A stretch of DNA of 64,000 nt, from the NCBI GenBank assembly GCA_026026165.1, contig JAPEUD010000007.1, forward strand, positions 434,001 to 498,000. Reading direction: 5' to 3'. The DNA is from Sarea resinae (Eukaryota). A program made the position numbers and the translations under genes. Below, piece after piece: positions 13,053 to 26,047 of the stretch. The notes under the pieces were generated by a model, which saw nothing but the letters and a program-made list of their open reading frames with translations, was not told the origin of the DNA and made no database searches. How positions within the stretch are numbered: the first letter of the stretch is position 1; every line of letters starts with the position of its first letter.

Positions 13053-13816
13053 TCACTCCTCAAAACCCTCCATCCTCCACTCCCCACTCTTCCCACCCTC
13101 CTTCAACACCACTCTTGTCCCCGCAATGATCATCCCCCGATCCACCGCCTTACACATATCATATACCGTCAAAGCAGCCACACTGACAGCCGTCAGCGCC
13201 TCCATCTCCACGCCCGTAGCCCCCTGACACTCGACCTTCGCTCTAAGCCTAACGCCACCAAATGCTCCAACGCCGCCAGCCTTGTCCACATCCTCAGGAC
13301 CGACCAACTCCACATCCACGCCGACGCTGGTGAGCGAGATGGGATGGCACAGCGGTACGAGATCAGCGGTACGTTTAGCGGCCATGATGCCAGCAATGCG
13401 GGCCACGCTTAAGACGTCCCCTTTCTTCATTGCATTGGCGCTAATGAGGACGTGGGGTTCTGGTGTTGAGAATTGAACGGTGCCGCATGCGATAGCCTTG
13501 CGGTGAGTGTGTGCTTTGGCATTGATGGATACCATATGTGCCGTTCCCGTAGGCGTGACATGAGTGAGCCGTGAACCTTTTTTTGCCTGCTCCTCTTCAG
13601 GCCTTTTTGGAGAAGAGCGGTCTTTTGATGCTAGTATTCGAGCAGTGGAGAAGGCCCGCATTTGAGCAAAGACCATCTTCGTAGGAAGGGAATGAGTGGG
13701 AATCCTCGTCCATGAACTTGGCGATGATGAACGGTCATTGTGGTGTTGATATCGGTGAGATAGATGGAGCTGCTGTTCACGTTGCTGCTGTACTGTCTCA
13801 CAGTGTACTTCCTCAT
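13053..13816 (-). CDS. moaC: Cyclic pyranopterin monophosphate synthase (MoaC/MOCS1B domain); 3' part of the cnxABC/nit-7-type locus
   Basis: LTHV...AHMVSI, KKGDVLSVARIAGIMAAKRTADLVPLCHPI and TGVEMEALTAVSVAALTVYDMCKAVD are MoaC signatures. Reached either via the predicted splice acceptor at 13817 or from its own ATG at 13676. Confidence 0.95.
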
Positions 13817-13976
13817 CTATACCCGGATCAGCACGGTCCGCTCTACACCATGTCGTGACGGGAAATCTCAATGTTGTCTTCTGCTCATTCTGCCATAGAA
13901 CGCCCGACGAGACGCCGTAGATGTAAATGTATCGAAAACAACACCGCTGATGCTCGTGCTTCTTACAAGATAGAAC

Positions 13977-15417
13977 CTACCCACCAATCAAGATCATAGG
14001 CCGATTCTTCATATTCTTCAACTCGCCCATTCCAGCGTGCTTGGCCTTCTTCCTTTTGACTGCCATACCTATGACTTCCAACAGCTCCCTTTCTCTCTCT
14101 CCCCACCCAAGCACGGTGTCGGACTCCGCAATCCCTTGTTGCCGGTCCATTTCGATCTTTTTGATGGCTTCAAAAGCCTCCTCGTCAATTGGATTGCCAT
14201 TGTTGTCCTCTCGGAGCAAGTCGCGCAACGAAACCTCAGAGTTGCCAAATAGACAGACCTTGAGGTTTCCGTCACTTGTAATTCTGAGTCGATTGCAGGT
14301 TCCGCAGAAGTTGTGAGTCATGCTGGTAATGAAGCCCACTTTCCCCAAGAAACCAGGAACTTTGTATGATTTGCTGGTGTCATTCGGATGATCTTGTATC
14401 CGCTTTAGATCCGGATACTTCTCCCTTATGATATTCAACATCTCCTGGTAACTGAGCATCTTCCCCTCGCTCCATTTATTGCCATCAAACGGCATATACT
14501 CGATGAAGCGGACTTCAATATCCTTCTCTCGTCCCATCTCAACGAACGGAATGACCTCTCGCTCGTTGAGTCCTCGCATGACCACGCAATTTATCTTCAG
14601 CTTGATACCGGCGCCTAGTTTGTTCATCTCCAGTATGCGGTCAATGCTTTTCATCACCGCCTCAAATCCTTTGCGACGTGTCATGATCTGGAATTGGAAA
14701 GGATCTAGAGTGTCCAAGCTCAAGTTGACCCCGGTCAATCCGACTTCAACCATCCTGTTCAATTTTCGATGTAGCGATATGCCATTCGTTGTCAAACAAA
14801 GCTCGCGCAAGCCCTTAGGGCGGAGCGATCCAATAGATTCCATGAGAGGTACAATATCGCGTCGTATCGTAGGCTCACCTCCTGTCAGACGGATCTTCGT
14901 CACGCCCTGAGAAACGAAGAGCGAAGAGAGGTAGAAAATCTCCGGTGATGTAAGCAGATGAGCCTGCGGAGATAGTGGGACGCCCTCTGGACAACAGATT
15001 AGCAACCACCGCCGAACACCACCATGTCTGAGCCATACCTTCCGGCATGCAGTACAAGCATCGAAGATTGCAACGCTCCGTAACACTGATGCGAAGATAA
15101 TCGTGCTGTCGTTGGAAGTCATCGGTCAAAAAAGAAGAAAAGGGCTTTGCGGTCTTGATAGTTTGCTCTCTTCTGGACCGAGGGCTTTCAATGCGCGACG
15201 GAGGCGCTGGAAAAGGTTTTGGAGGTGGAAACTCGTCAACCTGAGGAGTTTCTTCGATTGTTGCTGCTGCGGCTGCGGAAGAAATTTCACGACAACGGGG
15301 AGTTGTCGTTGGGTAAATGTGCAACCGCCTGGACAGAAACCGTTCTGGAGAGCCAGCAACGCTTCTGCATGGGCGCAAAAGCGCCAGCGTCGAGCGTATA
15401 TAGGCTTGCTCTGCCAT
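13977..15417 (-). CDS. moaA: GTP 3',8-cyclase (MoaA/MOCS1A, radical SAM), Moco biosynthesis step 1
   Basis: Exons 15039-15417 and 13977-14986 give 462 aa. [17 protein letters not shown] (CxxxCxxC), [35 protein letters not shown] and C-terminal MILIGG*. The N-terminus resembles a mitochondrial presequence. Confidence 0.96.
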
Positions 15418-16087
15418 GGCGTTTGCGTAGCCACGTAGGAGAGAAGTTTTCCTAAGGGTCGCTGTAAAGGTCGTGGACAGGTGCGTAAGAAGTGAAACTA
15501 TTCCGTGAAGGGGCGAATTGTATCTGCCGAGACGTGTTTTCGGACTGGCAGCCAAAAGAATACGATCGTTCTGGCAGCTGTACTGGTGGTGGCCATTATT
15601 TATTACCGCATCTGAATCGTCAGCATTACTGTTGTTGGCTTCTCGATCATTATTGACAGGGATTGATGCAGCTTTGTTGATGGATTGGCACATTCGCCGC
15701 TCGAGTGCTGCCCGTAGTATGCGATCTTCCTAGTTCGCCGTGTTCTAGTCCTCTGGAGTTCCCCGCCGCCGTCACCCCCACCTCGGCGCGATCATCATCC
15801 CCAGCCGAATCGACCTGGCTAGAGTAGTGCTGCTTCCGAGCACACCTCACTCTCTACACCTGCTGAAAGGGGCAAGGCTTGACCACGAACGCCCACAAAT
15901 ACAAGACAGAAAGCATCGACTTTTCACTGCATGATACACTCACAGCTGGAGAGCGATCAATGTCTTTTTCATCTATGAAATGGATGTCTATCTACTACTA
16001 GCTGCTGCCATAGAGAGTCCTGTGCCCACCGAGCCTATAGTGATTTCAACCCAATCTATCAACGATATTGACGTATCGCCCGCCGCT

Positions 16088-17899
16088 CTACAGTAATTTG
16101 AAATATCCAGGCTGCAGCTTCTGGAATACCTGTGCTGGATCGTACTTTTGGGCAACTTGCCTGAGGCGGTGGAAACTGTGCCTGCCATAGGTGGGGAAGA
16201 CTTCCTGGAACTCACTCGCATAGTTCTGGTAGACGAAATCGTGATCCAGGCCCCACGCCTTGGCCTGTGCTACCGTCCGCTCGATGATTCTGGCGCAGAC
16301 ACGCTGAATAGCTTTATCGTCTAAGGGATCCATGTAGCTGATTTCCAAATTGAGAAGGATAAGCGGGCCGTCTGAGGCTGAAAGTCCAAGTGCATTGCCG
16401 CCGTTATTCGACATGTGACTCAACTGGTCTGTTGTGATGATCTGGAGAACACACGACGGGATAAGCCCAGTAGCATTCTCGACAGGTGTGAACTCCTCAA
16501 CGAACACTTTGACGATGAAAATAGCGAGATCGGAATCGAGCTTGTAGGCGGCAGCCCATGACTCCTGACGCTGACCATTAGGGGTCAGCTCGGCGAATTC
16601 CTCGGTGATATTGGCCAGGGTCTTGATTCCGCTGGTGTCCCTAAAACTAGGAATGGCCTTGAATTTATCGAAGATTGGCGGATCTGCCACAGGTAGGGCG
16701 TATTGAATATTGACTGCGGCGGTAAGTAAACCCCCGATCCAGACCATGGGGACGACCAGGGCAGCATTAGGATCCATAGCACTGTTGAAGCCAAAACCGA
16801 CAAAGGCATCGATAACTTCATGCGCGTGTTCGCTGCCATAGAATCTAAAGCCACCCCACATCATTCCTTGCGGAAATGTTAAAAGATCGAAGCGTGTAAC
16901 GATGCCGAAATTGTTCCCACCACCGCGCAGGGCCCAGTATAGGTCTGGATAGGATGTCTGATTAGAATTAATAATGGAGCCACCAGCAGTTACCAGCTAG
17001 AGATTGTTAGCTGAGATATCTGAGACGGAAGCCTTGCAGTCTACTTACTTCGTAATTGATAACGTTATCACAAGCCCAGCCATACATGTTTGAGAAGAAG
17101 GAGACGCCGCCTATGCAGAGTCAGGTGTTGCTCATGGGCTGGTGATATGGCTTTTTGATACTTACCTCCAAGCGTCAAGCCGCCAACGCCAACACCAGAT
17201 ACCCGGCCACCAACTACCGCAAGATTGTGTTCTTCCAATGCGGTATAAACGTCGTACCAAGTATTCCCCGTACCAATGCATGCTACTTTCTTGTCTTCTG
17301 ATAACGAGATCGACTTCAATCCGCCCAAATCAATAGTCATTCCGTCGTCGATACTAGAGGCGCCAGCGAATCCAGCATGACCGCCACTTTTCAAGGCAAA
17401 CGGACACTCTGCGAGGCGGGAGAGAAGCAATGCGACGGGTAGCTGAGAAATGTGGAGAGGCCGGAAGATGCAGTATGGTGCAACTTCTCCTTGTTGCTGC
17501 GCCCAAAATGCCGATCTAAATTGATGATATAGGAAGCTGCCTCTAGGGGTCACAGAACCATTATAGAAAGCTGCCAGAGTGGAGCACTAATATAGAGACG
17601 TCTGTTAGAGACACGAATATGTTGAGCTGTTTATGCTGAGATGTGCCAGACAGACGACATACCGCGTATGAGCAACCTGGCGCCTGGTAGCCAGATATCG
17701 AAGTTAGAACCTCTACGCCGTCGGTCAAATCTAATCCGAGGGAAGAGAGAGCTTGAAGGACATTTGCTCCATCTCCAGCCGCAGGGAAGCCAGATTCTAG
17801 GATGCTTTGGATTGAATATTGGAAAGCTGGGGCATCGAAGGCAGCGACGTTTAGACAATATAAAAGGGTTGCCGTGATATAGAGATGAGACGGTAGCAT
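16088..17899 (-). CDS. Secreted FAD-linked oxidoreductase (VAO/berberine-bridge-enzyme-like, AA7-type)
   Basis: Exons 17663-17899, 17166-17586, 17049-17110, 16088-16996 give 542 aa. Signal-peptide-like N-terminus, FALKSGGH (covalent-FAD His motif), VGVGGLTLGGG, DLYWALRGGGNNFGIVT and C-terminal YQNY...KYDP. Confidence 0.88.
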
Positions 17900-19405
17900 G
17901 GCTAGTTCTAAGAGATCGCCTGGTTGGCTATGTCTAGGTCTCGAATGAGCGTATCGAGAAAGATTTGCTTTATCTAGCTTTTGTATTTAAAATGCAGAGT
18001 ACCGGCCGTGTCTGTCGAGAGTGGCAATGTCGGAGGTTGGAGATCAGAAAAAGACGGAACAGAAGGCGAAGTGAGGGGAAAATAACAAGAAGACAGCAAA
18101 GAGAGCATTCTACGGATAGATCACAGTGCATAAGACAAAACGGTGAATTCACAAAGGTTCGGGTTTGCGATGTGAAGCAGAAGTGAATGGACAGTCCAAA
18201 TAATCCCGTTTCCAAACAGCGAATAAGTGAAGAGAGGGAGAGAACAGAGAACAAAGAACACGGCAACACGAAGTTCATGATAGACGTTCCGGAAGGTGCA
18301 CTGCACGGACATATGATCTGTGACCATCCATGGCGAGTTTCCTGCCAGATGCACTCCCTGCCAGATGGACAGAAGGCGAAGGACGGTCGCCCGGTCTGTT
18401 TATTTAGCTGGAAGAAGAGCATAGGCACCATCATTTCACCGACGGCTTGAAGATATTCGAGCACAGATGCCACATCAGCCATCTGACCGATAGGGTGATC
18501 CGGGTTAGCCTTCCGAGAAACGGCAGCGATGGCCTACTGATTAATTATTCAGAGCATACATATCAGCCATTTGTAACACAAGATGCGACAAGAGAGTGGA
18601 GCAATTTCCTCGGAATCGCAAGAGTTGAATAGGTAGATGCTTGAGATGAGTGGTATATCGGAGCCCTGACACGCCGATAAGCGGTGCCATCCAATGCTCC
18701 CATCATCCATCATTCATGATGCTTTCAGATTACCAAGAAAACGGCCAATCCATGAAACCTGCGCATGATCGCAATAGCGACGACGACAACGACGACGACG
18801 ACGATGACGATGACGAAGAACAGCAGCCTAATATCAATGAATCCAACGGGTGTTACTCCCTTTCTTCCATACCTATCGCAGTACGGAGTACCAGGGCAGG
18901 TCTTCCCGATCGACGTTAGCCCTCCTGGCCTCCATTCCCAACGCGATCCATGCCCGATTGGTGGTCTCGGCAGAGCGATGCGGGCACGCACGTCAAGCAC
19001 CCGCGGCATGGAGATGCCCGAATCGAAATCCCGGTGGCCCTTGGCGCCCCGCGGCGGCCGGCCTCGACCCTTGTAGCAGTTCTGATCGCAGCGAAAATGG
19101 CGTCACAGAATCCACATAGCGGCCAGCCCACTACGATGTACCATCTGCGCGATGATGCAGTCAGTGAGCGCATCTCTCACTCATCTGTGGGCACGCTTTG
19201 AAATCACGACATCACGAGAGAGAGATATATATATTTATACATGTTACATATCCGTAGCCCCACCCAGTCATACGTTCGACAAATTTTCCAAAGAGAATCA
19301 CTTGCAGTCGATCATCGACAGTCTCCATAGATCCTTTCTTGATTCCAACAGAGCAACTCCCTTTCAAGGAAATAGAAATCAAATAATAGAGCAATCTCCA
19401 TCAAG

Positions 19406-20278
19406 ATGGCATCCCCACGCGTTCTTCTCCTAGGCGGGCACGGCAAGGTCTCGCTGCTCATGACACCGCTCTTCCTTTCGCGCTCCTGGAACGTCACATC
19501 CGTGGTGCGTAATGCGGATCACCGCGCAGAGATCGAAGCCACAGGCACCGGCCATCCAGGAAAGGTGTCTGTGCTGGTGCGAAGTCTAGACGACGTCAAG
19601 AGCGACTCAGACGCACAGAGCGTGCTGGACGAAGTGAAGCCCGACTATGTCGTCTGGTCAGCTGGTATGTCTTGCCTTTTTGCTTCGAAACAACCTCGAA
19701 CTAACGAATACCCTTTTCCAATAGGCGCCGGTGGCAAAGGCGGAGCAGCACGTACCTACGCGATTGACAAAGACGCCTGCATCCACTTTATCCGAACATC
19801 CCTTGCAACGCCGAGCATAAAAAAGTTCCTCTTAGTCTCGTACCTAGGCTCGCGCCGCAACCGGCCCGGATGGTGGAACGATGCCGGCTGGGCCTCGACG
19901 CAGAAGACCAACAGAGAGATCCTGCCGCATTACTACGCGGCGAAATTGGCCTCGGATGAAGTGCTCACTGCCTTGGCCCACAAGCGCGCCGAAAAGGGCG
20001 ATAAGGAGTTCCAAAGCATCCTGCTCCGGCCCGGCGCTCTAAGCGATGAGGCGCCCACGGGCAAAGTGGCGCTCGGCAAGACAGACGCCAGAGGCAGTGT
20101 TAGTAGGGGCGACGTGGCGGCCGTGGCCGCGCGCTTGTTAGAGCGACCAGATACAAGGGGCTGGTTTGATTTGCTGGAGGGTGAGGAACCTGTGGAATCG
20201 GCCGTGGAGAGAGTGGTCAAGGAGAAGGTCGATTGTGTTGAGGGCGAGGATTTGGAGAAATTGTATAGCGTTGCTTAA
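19406..20278 (+). CDS. NAD(P)-binding Rossmann-fold protein (atypical SDR, YMR090W/UPF0659-like)
   Basis: LLLGGHGKV, VVWSAGAGGKGG after removal of the in-frame intron 19665-19724, YYAAK, ILLRPGAL and VSRGDVA. Confidence 0.85.
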   Translation: MASPRVLLLGGHGKVSLLMTPLFLSRSWNVTSVVRNADHRAEIEATGTGHPGKVSVLVRSLDDVKSDSDAQSVLDEVKPDYVVWSAGMSCLFASKQPRTNEYPFPIGAGGKGGAARTYAIDKDACIHFIRTSLATPSIKKFLLVSYLGSRRNRPGWWNDAGWASTQKTNREILPHYYAAKLASDEVLTALAHKRAEKGDKEFQSILLRPGALSDEAPTGKVALGKTDARGSVSRGDVAAVAARLLERPDTRGWFDLLEGEEPVESAVERVVKEKVDCVEGEDLEKLYSVA

Positions 20279-20365
20279 GATTGTTGCCATATATAGGTAT
20301 CGATGGATGGAAATATGAACTCAACTTCATGAAGTCATCGTAGAAACGGGTTAGCGGATTATGAA

Positions 20366-22787
20366 CTACATTCGCGCCTTCAAGTCCACGCGCATCTCCC
20401 TGACCAAGCCGCTCGAAATCCAGTCCGCAAGTGCGAGGGCAGTAATCATAGGATTCGCTCCACTGGCACTCGGAAACACGCTTGTGTCCGCCACGTACAA
20501 GCCACGGGTACCCCAGACCTGTCCGCGAGGATCGACGACGCTGGTTGTCGGGCTGCGGCCCATGCGACAGGTGCCCATTTGGTGGGCGGAGATGAAGTTG
20601 GCATCGGGAGAGGGCAAGGCGCGGCGCCGGAGGGCGGAGAGCCAGGCCTGGAAGGCGGGATCGTTTATACCGCCGTTGCCGTCGAACCCGTCGTCAGCAT
20701 GATCAGGGGTAGGATTCCGAGCAGGACGGTCTTCCCGAACGAAAGTCGGCATACCCTCAAGCGCAACAAAGATCTCACGAGCTCCCGCCACGTAATTGAT
20801 CTTCGCGAGCGCAATGACCCCCTCGAGACAGTTCGCACGATCGAAGGCAGACGGCGAATACTGGACCCTGCAGCGGCCGTCATGAGGATCGGCGAAAACG
20901 CGGCCCGGGTCTCGATCGCGTGTCAGAGAGATGAAGCCGCTCATGCGGTTGAACTTCGCGCACAGGAGCTTGTACTCGAGACCGCCGAGCCAGGGCTGCA
21001 GGGTTAGGAATTTGGAGGGCAGCATGGTTGTTGCTTCGAGCTTTGGGCCGTGGCCGTGGCCGTCGAGATTCTGGAATTCGTCGCACACTGTTGTGAGGAT
21101 ACCGCCTTCCCAGGGGCGCACTTCGTGGTCGTAGACAGCGCCCATGAAGTATACTGTGCGAGATTAGCATGTGGATGTAGTACATGTACGGGGGATATTG
21201 ATGGGCTACCTGGGTGAAGATGCAAGTGTCTACCAATTTGCGAGTTTCGTAACCCACTTCTTAATAGAACTAGCGGACTATTGAGACTCCCGGCGGATAC
21301 GGTGACCTTCTTAGCTTGGATGATGACTTCTCGTGTGTGCCGGCCTCCTGATAGACCTCCATTTGCATCTCTCGAAGTCCATGTTCCTTGCACCCCCGCC
21401 GCCACCCTTTCCCCGTTCTTCTCCTCAAATAGAATCCTCTGTGCGTCGAAGCCTTCCACGAAACGTGCTCCCGCCGCTGCTGCGTCCGGAAGCCAGGTAA
21501 CAGCCGGTCCTTGCTTCTCAGCCGCTCCACAGCCGAGGCTGCAGCGCCCACAGTAATGCGTATTGCCTGCTGTATTCTGTGGGACATCCTTGACGCTATA
21601 TCCTAGCTTGCGAGCTCCTTCAAGGAGGACACAATTGGTATGATTGTGCTTGATTTGATTGGCCGAAACTCCCATTCGGTGGCAGACCCGATCAAGGCAG
21701 TCCTGGAAGGCAGAAGACGTGAAGAAGGGAAGCCCGCCTTCTGCCCATTCTTTACGCACATAGCCTTGAGTCTGGAGAGAAGCACTCCAATTGATGGTAC
21801 CGCCGCCGCCCCATGCCTGCCCAGCTATAGTGTTGATGCTGCTGTCATCCGCTGGTGATGTTAGCCACGCTTCTACCGTTCCACTAAGGTGATCACAACT
21901 TACACAGTTCTGCGCCACCATTTGTGAAGAGATGGAAACTCCCTTCTTGCTCCGACATGGGGAGGCTCTGAGGTGGATGATGGTATGATTTATCCACGAC
22001 AATGACTCGGTGGCCTGCCTCCGCGATATTCTTCGCGCAGACACCTCCACCACACCCGCTGCCAATGATAACAACATCTGTGTCGACGACTTCTGGCTGA
22101 TAGCCAGGTGGAAACTGAAGGAAGTCGAAATCAAAACCCCATTCTCGCTTCCCCTGTGCTCCAACGCGTGGAAAATCAAGGATAGGCCCAAGTGCTGGAC
22201 TGGAGAGAAGCCAGCTTTGCTTGCATAAATTTGTCAGTGACTTGTATGCTTGTCGAAGGGGAGGAAGACGAGCTTGAGCCCAGCCACGGAGGATAGATTG
22301 GCGTGCATTTAGGGTTTGCGAGTGAAATGGGACGATAGATCCCGTCAAGAAGAGGCTTCCAGTCCTGGTACTACGATCTTCTTCAGCGTCTTCAGCTAAG
22401 AAGGTATTACATATCTTACTTGAGGAGATATAGGACCAGAGCCAGGCTCTTTCGAAGGTCCTGCCGTACAAAGCATGCCAGTGTCCGATGAAGCCCATTT
22501 CTAAAATCTTGCACGTCGCTGGCCCGTTCGAAAAGGTATTTCTCGATGACACGCTCATCTCGACTGCCAGACCCGGATTCCTTCAGCTTGCCGACAGCGG
22601 CTGTATAATCCTCATCTGGGATCAACAAGGAGGACGAGTCGGATGTACGCGCCGATTTGACTGCGGGGATCACCGTATCGGCTATGGCAAGAAGCGTCGT
22701 CCATTGAGCTGGCGTGAGAGGCTCGTCTTGAGGCGCTGGAGGAAGTGGGCTTGCTAACGGAGATAAAACACCTGGATTACTTGCCAT
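20366..22787 (-). CDS. Long-chain fatty alcohol oxidase/dehydrogenase (GMC oxidoreductase)
   Basis: Exons 22420-22787, 21904-22370, 21210-21851, 20366-21153 give 754 aa. DVVIIGSGCGGGV, GGGGTINWSA, CGRCSLGC, SAHQMGTCRM, ADTSVFPSASGANPMIT and C-terminal ARM. Confidence 0.9.
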
Positions 22788-25700
22788 GATTCCGTAGCTT
22801 AAGAGATACGCAGAATGGAGAGTCTTAGATGAGGGCAGAGATCAAAGCATCAATTGGCAAAGGCGATATCTTGAGGGACTGAGAGCAGGAATGGTACAGC
22901 TCCTTAGGGAATCGGGATGCTTAGACGAATGAGTACTGAGATCTGATATCGATAAGCGCAAAGCCGTCCTCGAGATTCTAATCGTCCTTAGTGCTCTCCT
23001 AGGGCCGCCACAATTGAGACGAGACCACACGTATTCAAGCAACGAACTCACGAGAAACTTGAGTGAGAGCGTCCCAGCATTTGAGAGGGAGAGTCCCAAC
23101 GACCATTTCCTGGATCGACTGAGGGTTGCAATCAAGAGTCAATGGAGGCATCGCCATGCCTCGGCCCATCATGAATGAGGGGTTCAGCCTCCTCGCCCAT
23201 CATTGGACGCATACGGACAGCTACTGAAGTAGATTCGAATCAACCATCTGCCAAGTACGGGGTAATTAGCCGAGACCTCAGGCCTACCTTACCTAGAACG
23301 GACTTGAACCACGTGCGGGGGCTGCACTCAAAACTTCCATTCATTGCGCACTACACTCAATGAACAATGGTAATGAGAGGCGCCGAACTCATGATTTTCA
23401 TGGCCATGACAAACGGAAGGGGGATCAAACTCAATCAGATGAACCCGGAGATACGGTATGCACTCGTATTGACCCAATCGACAATCCCATCACCATCGAC
23501 GCAGCAATTGCCGTAGCTGAACACACATATTGATGAGATCGATAGGGTCGTTATCCGCCACCGCGCCAACCGTCATATTCTGCATCATATATATGGAGCT
23601 CGAGGGGACGGAGTAGTAGGGGGAGGGGAGTGAGTAGCGGTGGACGTTGGAAGCCCATCAAGATACTTCGTACCTTACCGTCCTCCCTGAGATTACTAGG
23701 TACTTACATCGTGCATCGTACATGGATGACAAAGGGCGGTATCGGTCGGGGGTGGTTGACGCTGGCCGTGCTTGCTCGCCACGCTGCACAGTGACACAGA
23801 GAGACAGAGGCCCACGACAGAGATCGAGATCGCGATCGGTAGATTGGTTATGGGAGCCTCTCATTGGTGTATCTGCCGTAGACACTGGGTGCTGTCAGAT
23901 CCATCTCAGTTGCTCCACCCCTCTGACACGGCACCAGCCATGCTGCAATTTCCGCCCTCTAGCGGCACGATGCAGTCCGCCTCTGACATGCATGGCATGC
24001 TATTCCGTCCTAGCGGCACCGGCTTTCGGCGCGCCTTCGTCTTCCGTGTGGCGGCCTCGCGCCCTCGCGCACTCTCAACCCGCCATGCAGGGACGGCCAT
24101 GCGCGCCAAGCCGATCTGCGAGCCAATGGACGTTGCGCGATAAGCAAGACGCCCAACCGGGAAAGATGTCTTGCGCCTTGACCGGCATGCGTCCAGGATG
24201 GGACTGGTTGGACTCGATAGGCCCGGCATGATGGCGACGGCTCGAGTCGAGACACTGGTACTCCGGAGTAGACACTGGTAGAGACAGGTAGTCATGTTCG
24301 TCTAAAGTCTTCTCAACGCTCTTTGGGGCAGCGATTGACGAGCGATATGCAACTTCACTTATCTATTCGAGGAGTGACCTCCGACCTCTTCTCATCTCCC
24401 ATCCTCCCATCCTCCCCTCTCATCCCTCTCCTCCGTCTTTCGCCCGCACCTAGATGTGGCCGGAAGACACGGTTGGCCCCCTCTGCCTGCTCTTGCCTGA
24501 GAGAACAGGCATCAAGGTGCTTACGGCTCTGCATGGACGCCTCACAACTGTGCCGTCTTGGATTGCCTCCCATGATAAGAGAGATCGCCGCTTGTATGTA
24601 GAGAGCATGTCCCAGACACACAGCCACTCGCCCGTAGAGTATGCAGGCAACGAAGAGGCAATCAAATTGACGGCACACCGAAGAGCGTGCTTATATCCAT
24701 CATCTCTTGGACGTTCCAAGTCGAGACACGGGCCGATTTCTGATCGCCGTCCATTCGTCCATACTGTACGAACCCGAGGCTCCGCTGTTGCGGCTCCAGG
24801 GACCAACAGCTGCACGTCTCCTGGCCGCTGGTTCAAGGTCACCACGTTGAGATCGACCTAGTCTCTGCAGAGTGGGCAAGTGCACACCGCATGCTATGTA
24901 ATAACATGGAGTCCAGATTTCTGTAGCTTCCAGTCATTATGTACGAATTACTCTAGAGCAGATCTTTTGGAGAGGGGGTAAAGGGGGGAAGGGGAGGGGG
25001 GCTTGGGAGAGCCACCAAGACGTATCCGATGCCAGAAGATCCAGAGTCCCAAGTCCTGCCTGGCGGACATGGATGTACGCATTACTCGTAGAGAGCAAGG
25101 GAGATGGAGAGGAGATGAGAGCCCAGCAGCCAAGGCAGGCGACAGATTCCCCGAAATGACCATGCTAGGAGACGCTTTACTTTAGCAGATCCAACGGTAT
25201 CCTGGGGCCCATCGCTCATCCATCGCTCATCGTTCTCCATCGGCGGGCGTAAGGTACTCTACCTTGCCCTAGTCCATCATCTCCACCGTCGGGCCCTGTG
25301 CGAGTTCCTACTATGTAGTAGTGTTGACCTCGCAGCCTGTAGGATTGCTTCGATTCTTTAGTGGGTAAGCGAACGGATGTGGATCTCCTAGGATTTAAAA
25401 CTACCCGTTGTCGCCCACGCTGCTGCAGCAAGGACCCTTCCAATAATCCATCCATCGGCCTGCTACTGACCTGCGGATACTCTGTTACATATTTCATGGT
25501 CCGTGTCGCGCTGCGGATGCCGCCTCACTCACTTCTACAATCCTCACACACCTACATGATAATACCGTAATTGTTGCCCGTCTCTTCCATTGTCGTCTGG
25601 GAACCGGCAAGACAATCTTCATCGATCGAGACGCATACCAGCCGTCGCCGCGTAATACTTGGGTCTAAACTGTTCGCCTGCGTTAGCCGACGCTGAGCCA

Positions 25701-26047
25701 TTCTTACCCGTGGGCGCTCGAGCAACACCCCAAGTCTCGAGATCTTAATTGACGTTTGTCGGAGGGAGAAGACCTTCTATTCTCGCCGTCATCCCGCTCC
25801 TCACTCTGTCTCTGCCCAGACAGATCTTTGGAACGACTGCGACATCGGTCATTTGTTTGCCTGCTTTGTTCTATCGAGCTGGTCAACGATATCAACCCAC
25901 CGACCTACCTACCGCCTAATCTCCTAATCTCCTAATCTCAAATCCCGCACCTACGTCAAGACCACCTAACATCATCGAAGTGCCCTTTCATCTCGACGGT
26001 CGCATCCAGCATTCCTCATTCCACTCCTGGATCTCATCTGCGATAAG

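Noticed and set aside
13977..13979. TAG between moaA and moaC as a nonsense mutation/pseudogene or a pyrrolysine codon
   Set aside because: The stop sits exactly after the conserved GG terminus needed by MoaA, and fungi lack pyrrolysine machinery.
15418..15693. N-terminal extension of MoaA from the ORF track
   Set aside because: It begins at a non-ATG codon. ATG 15417 gives a presequence-like N-terminus.
16088..22787. Three adjacent oxidoreductases as a secondary-metabolite cluster
   Set aside because: No PKS, NRPS or terpene backbone gene, transporter or cluster TF nearby, and the predicted localisations differ.
23100..26000. Many 60-190 aa ORFs on both strands (also at 3000-5800, 43000-44900 and 47800-52400)
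   Set aside because: They overlap, often lack ATG starts and show no recognisable motifs, consistent with chance ORFs in promoter/UTR DNA.
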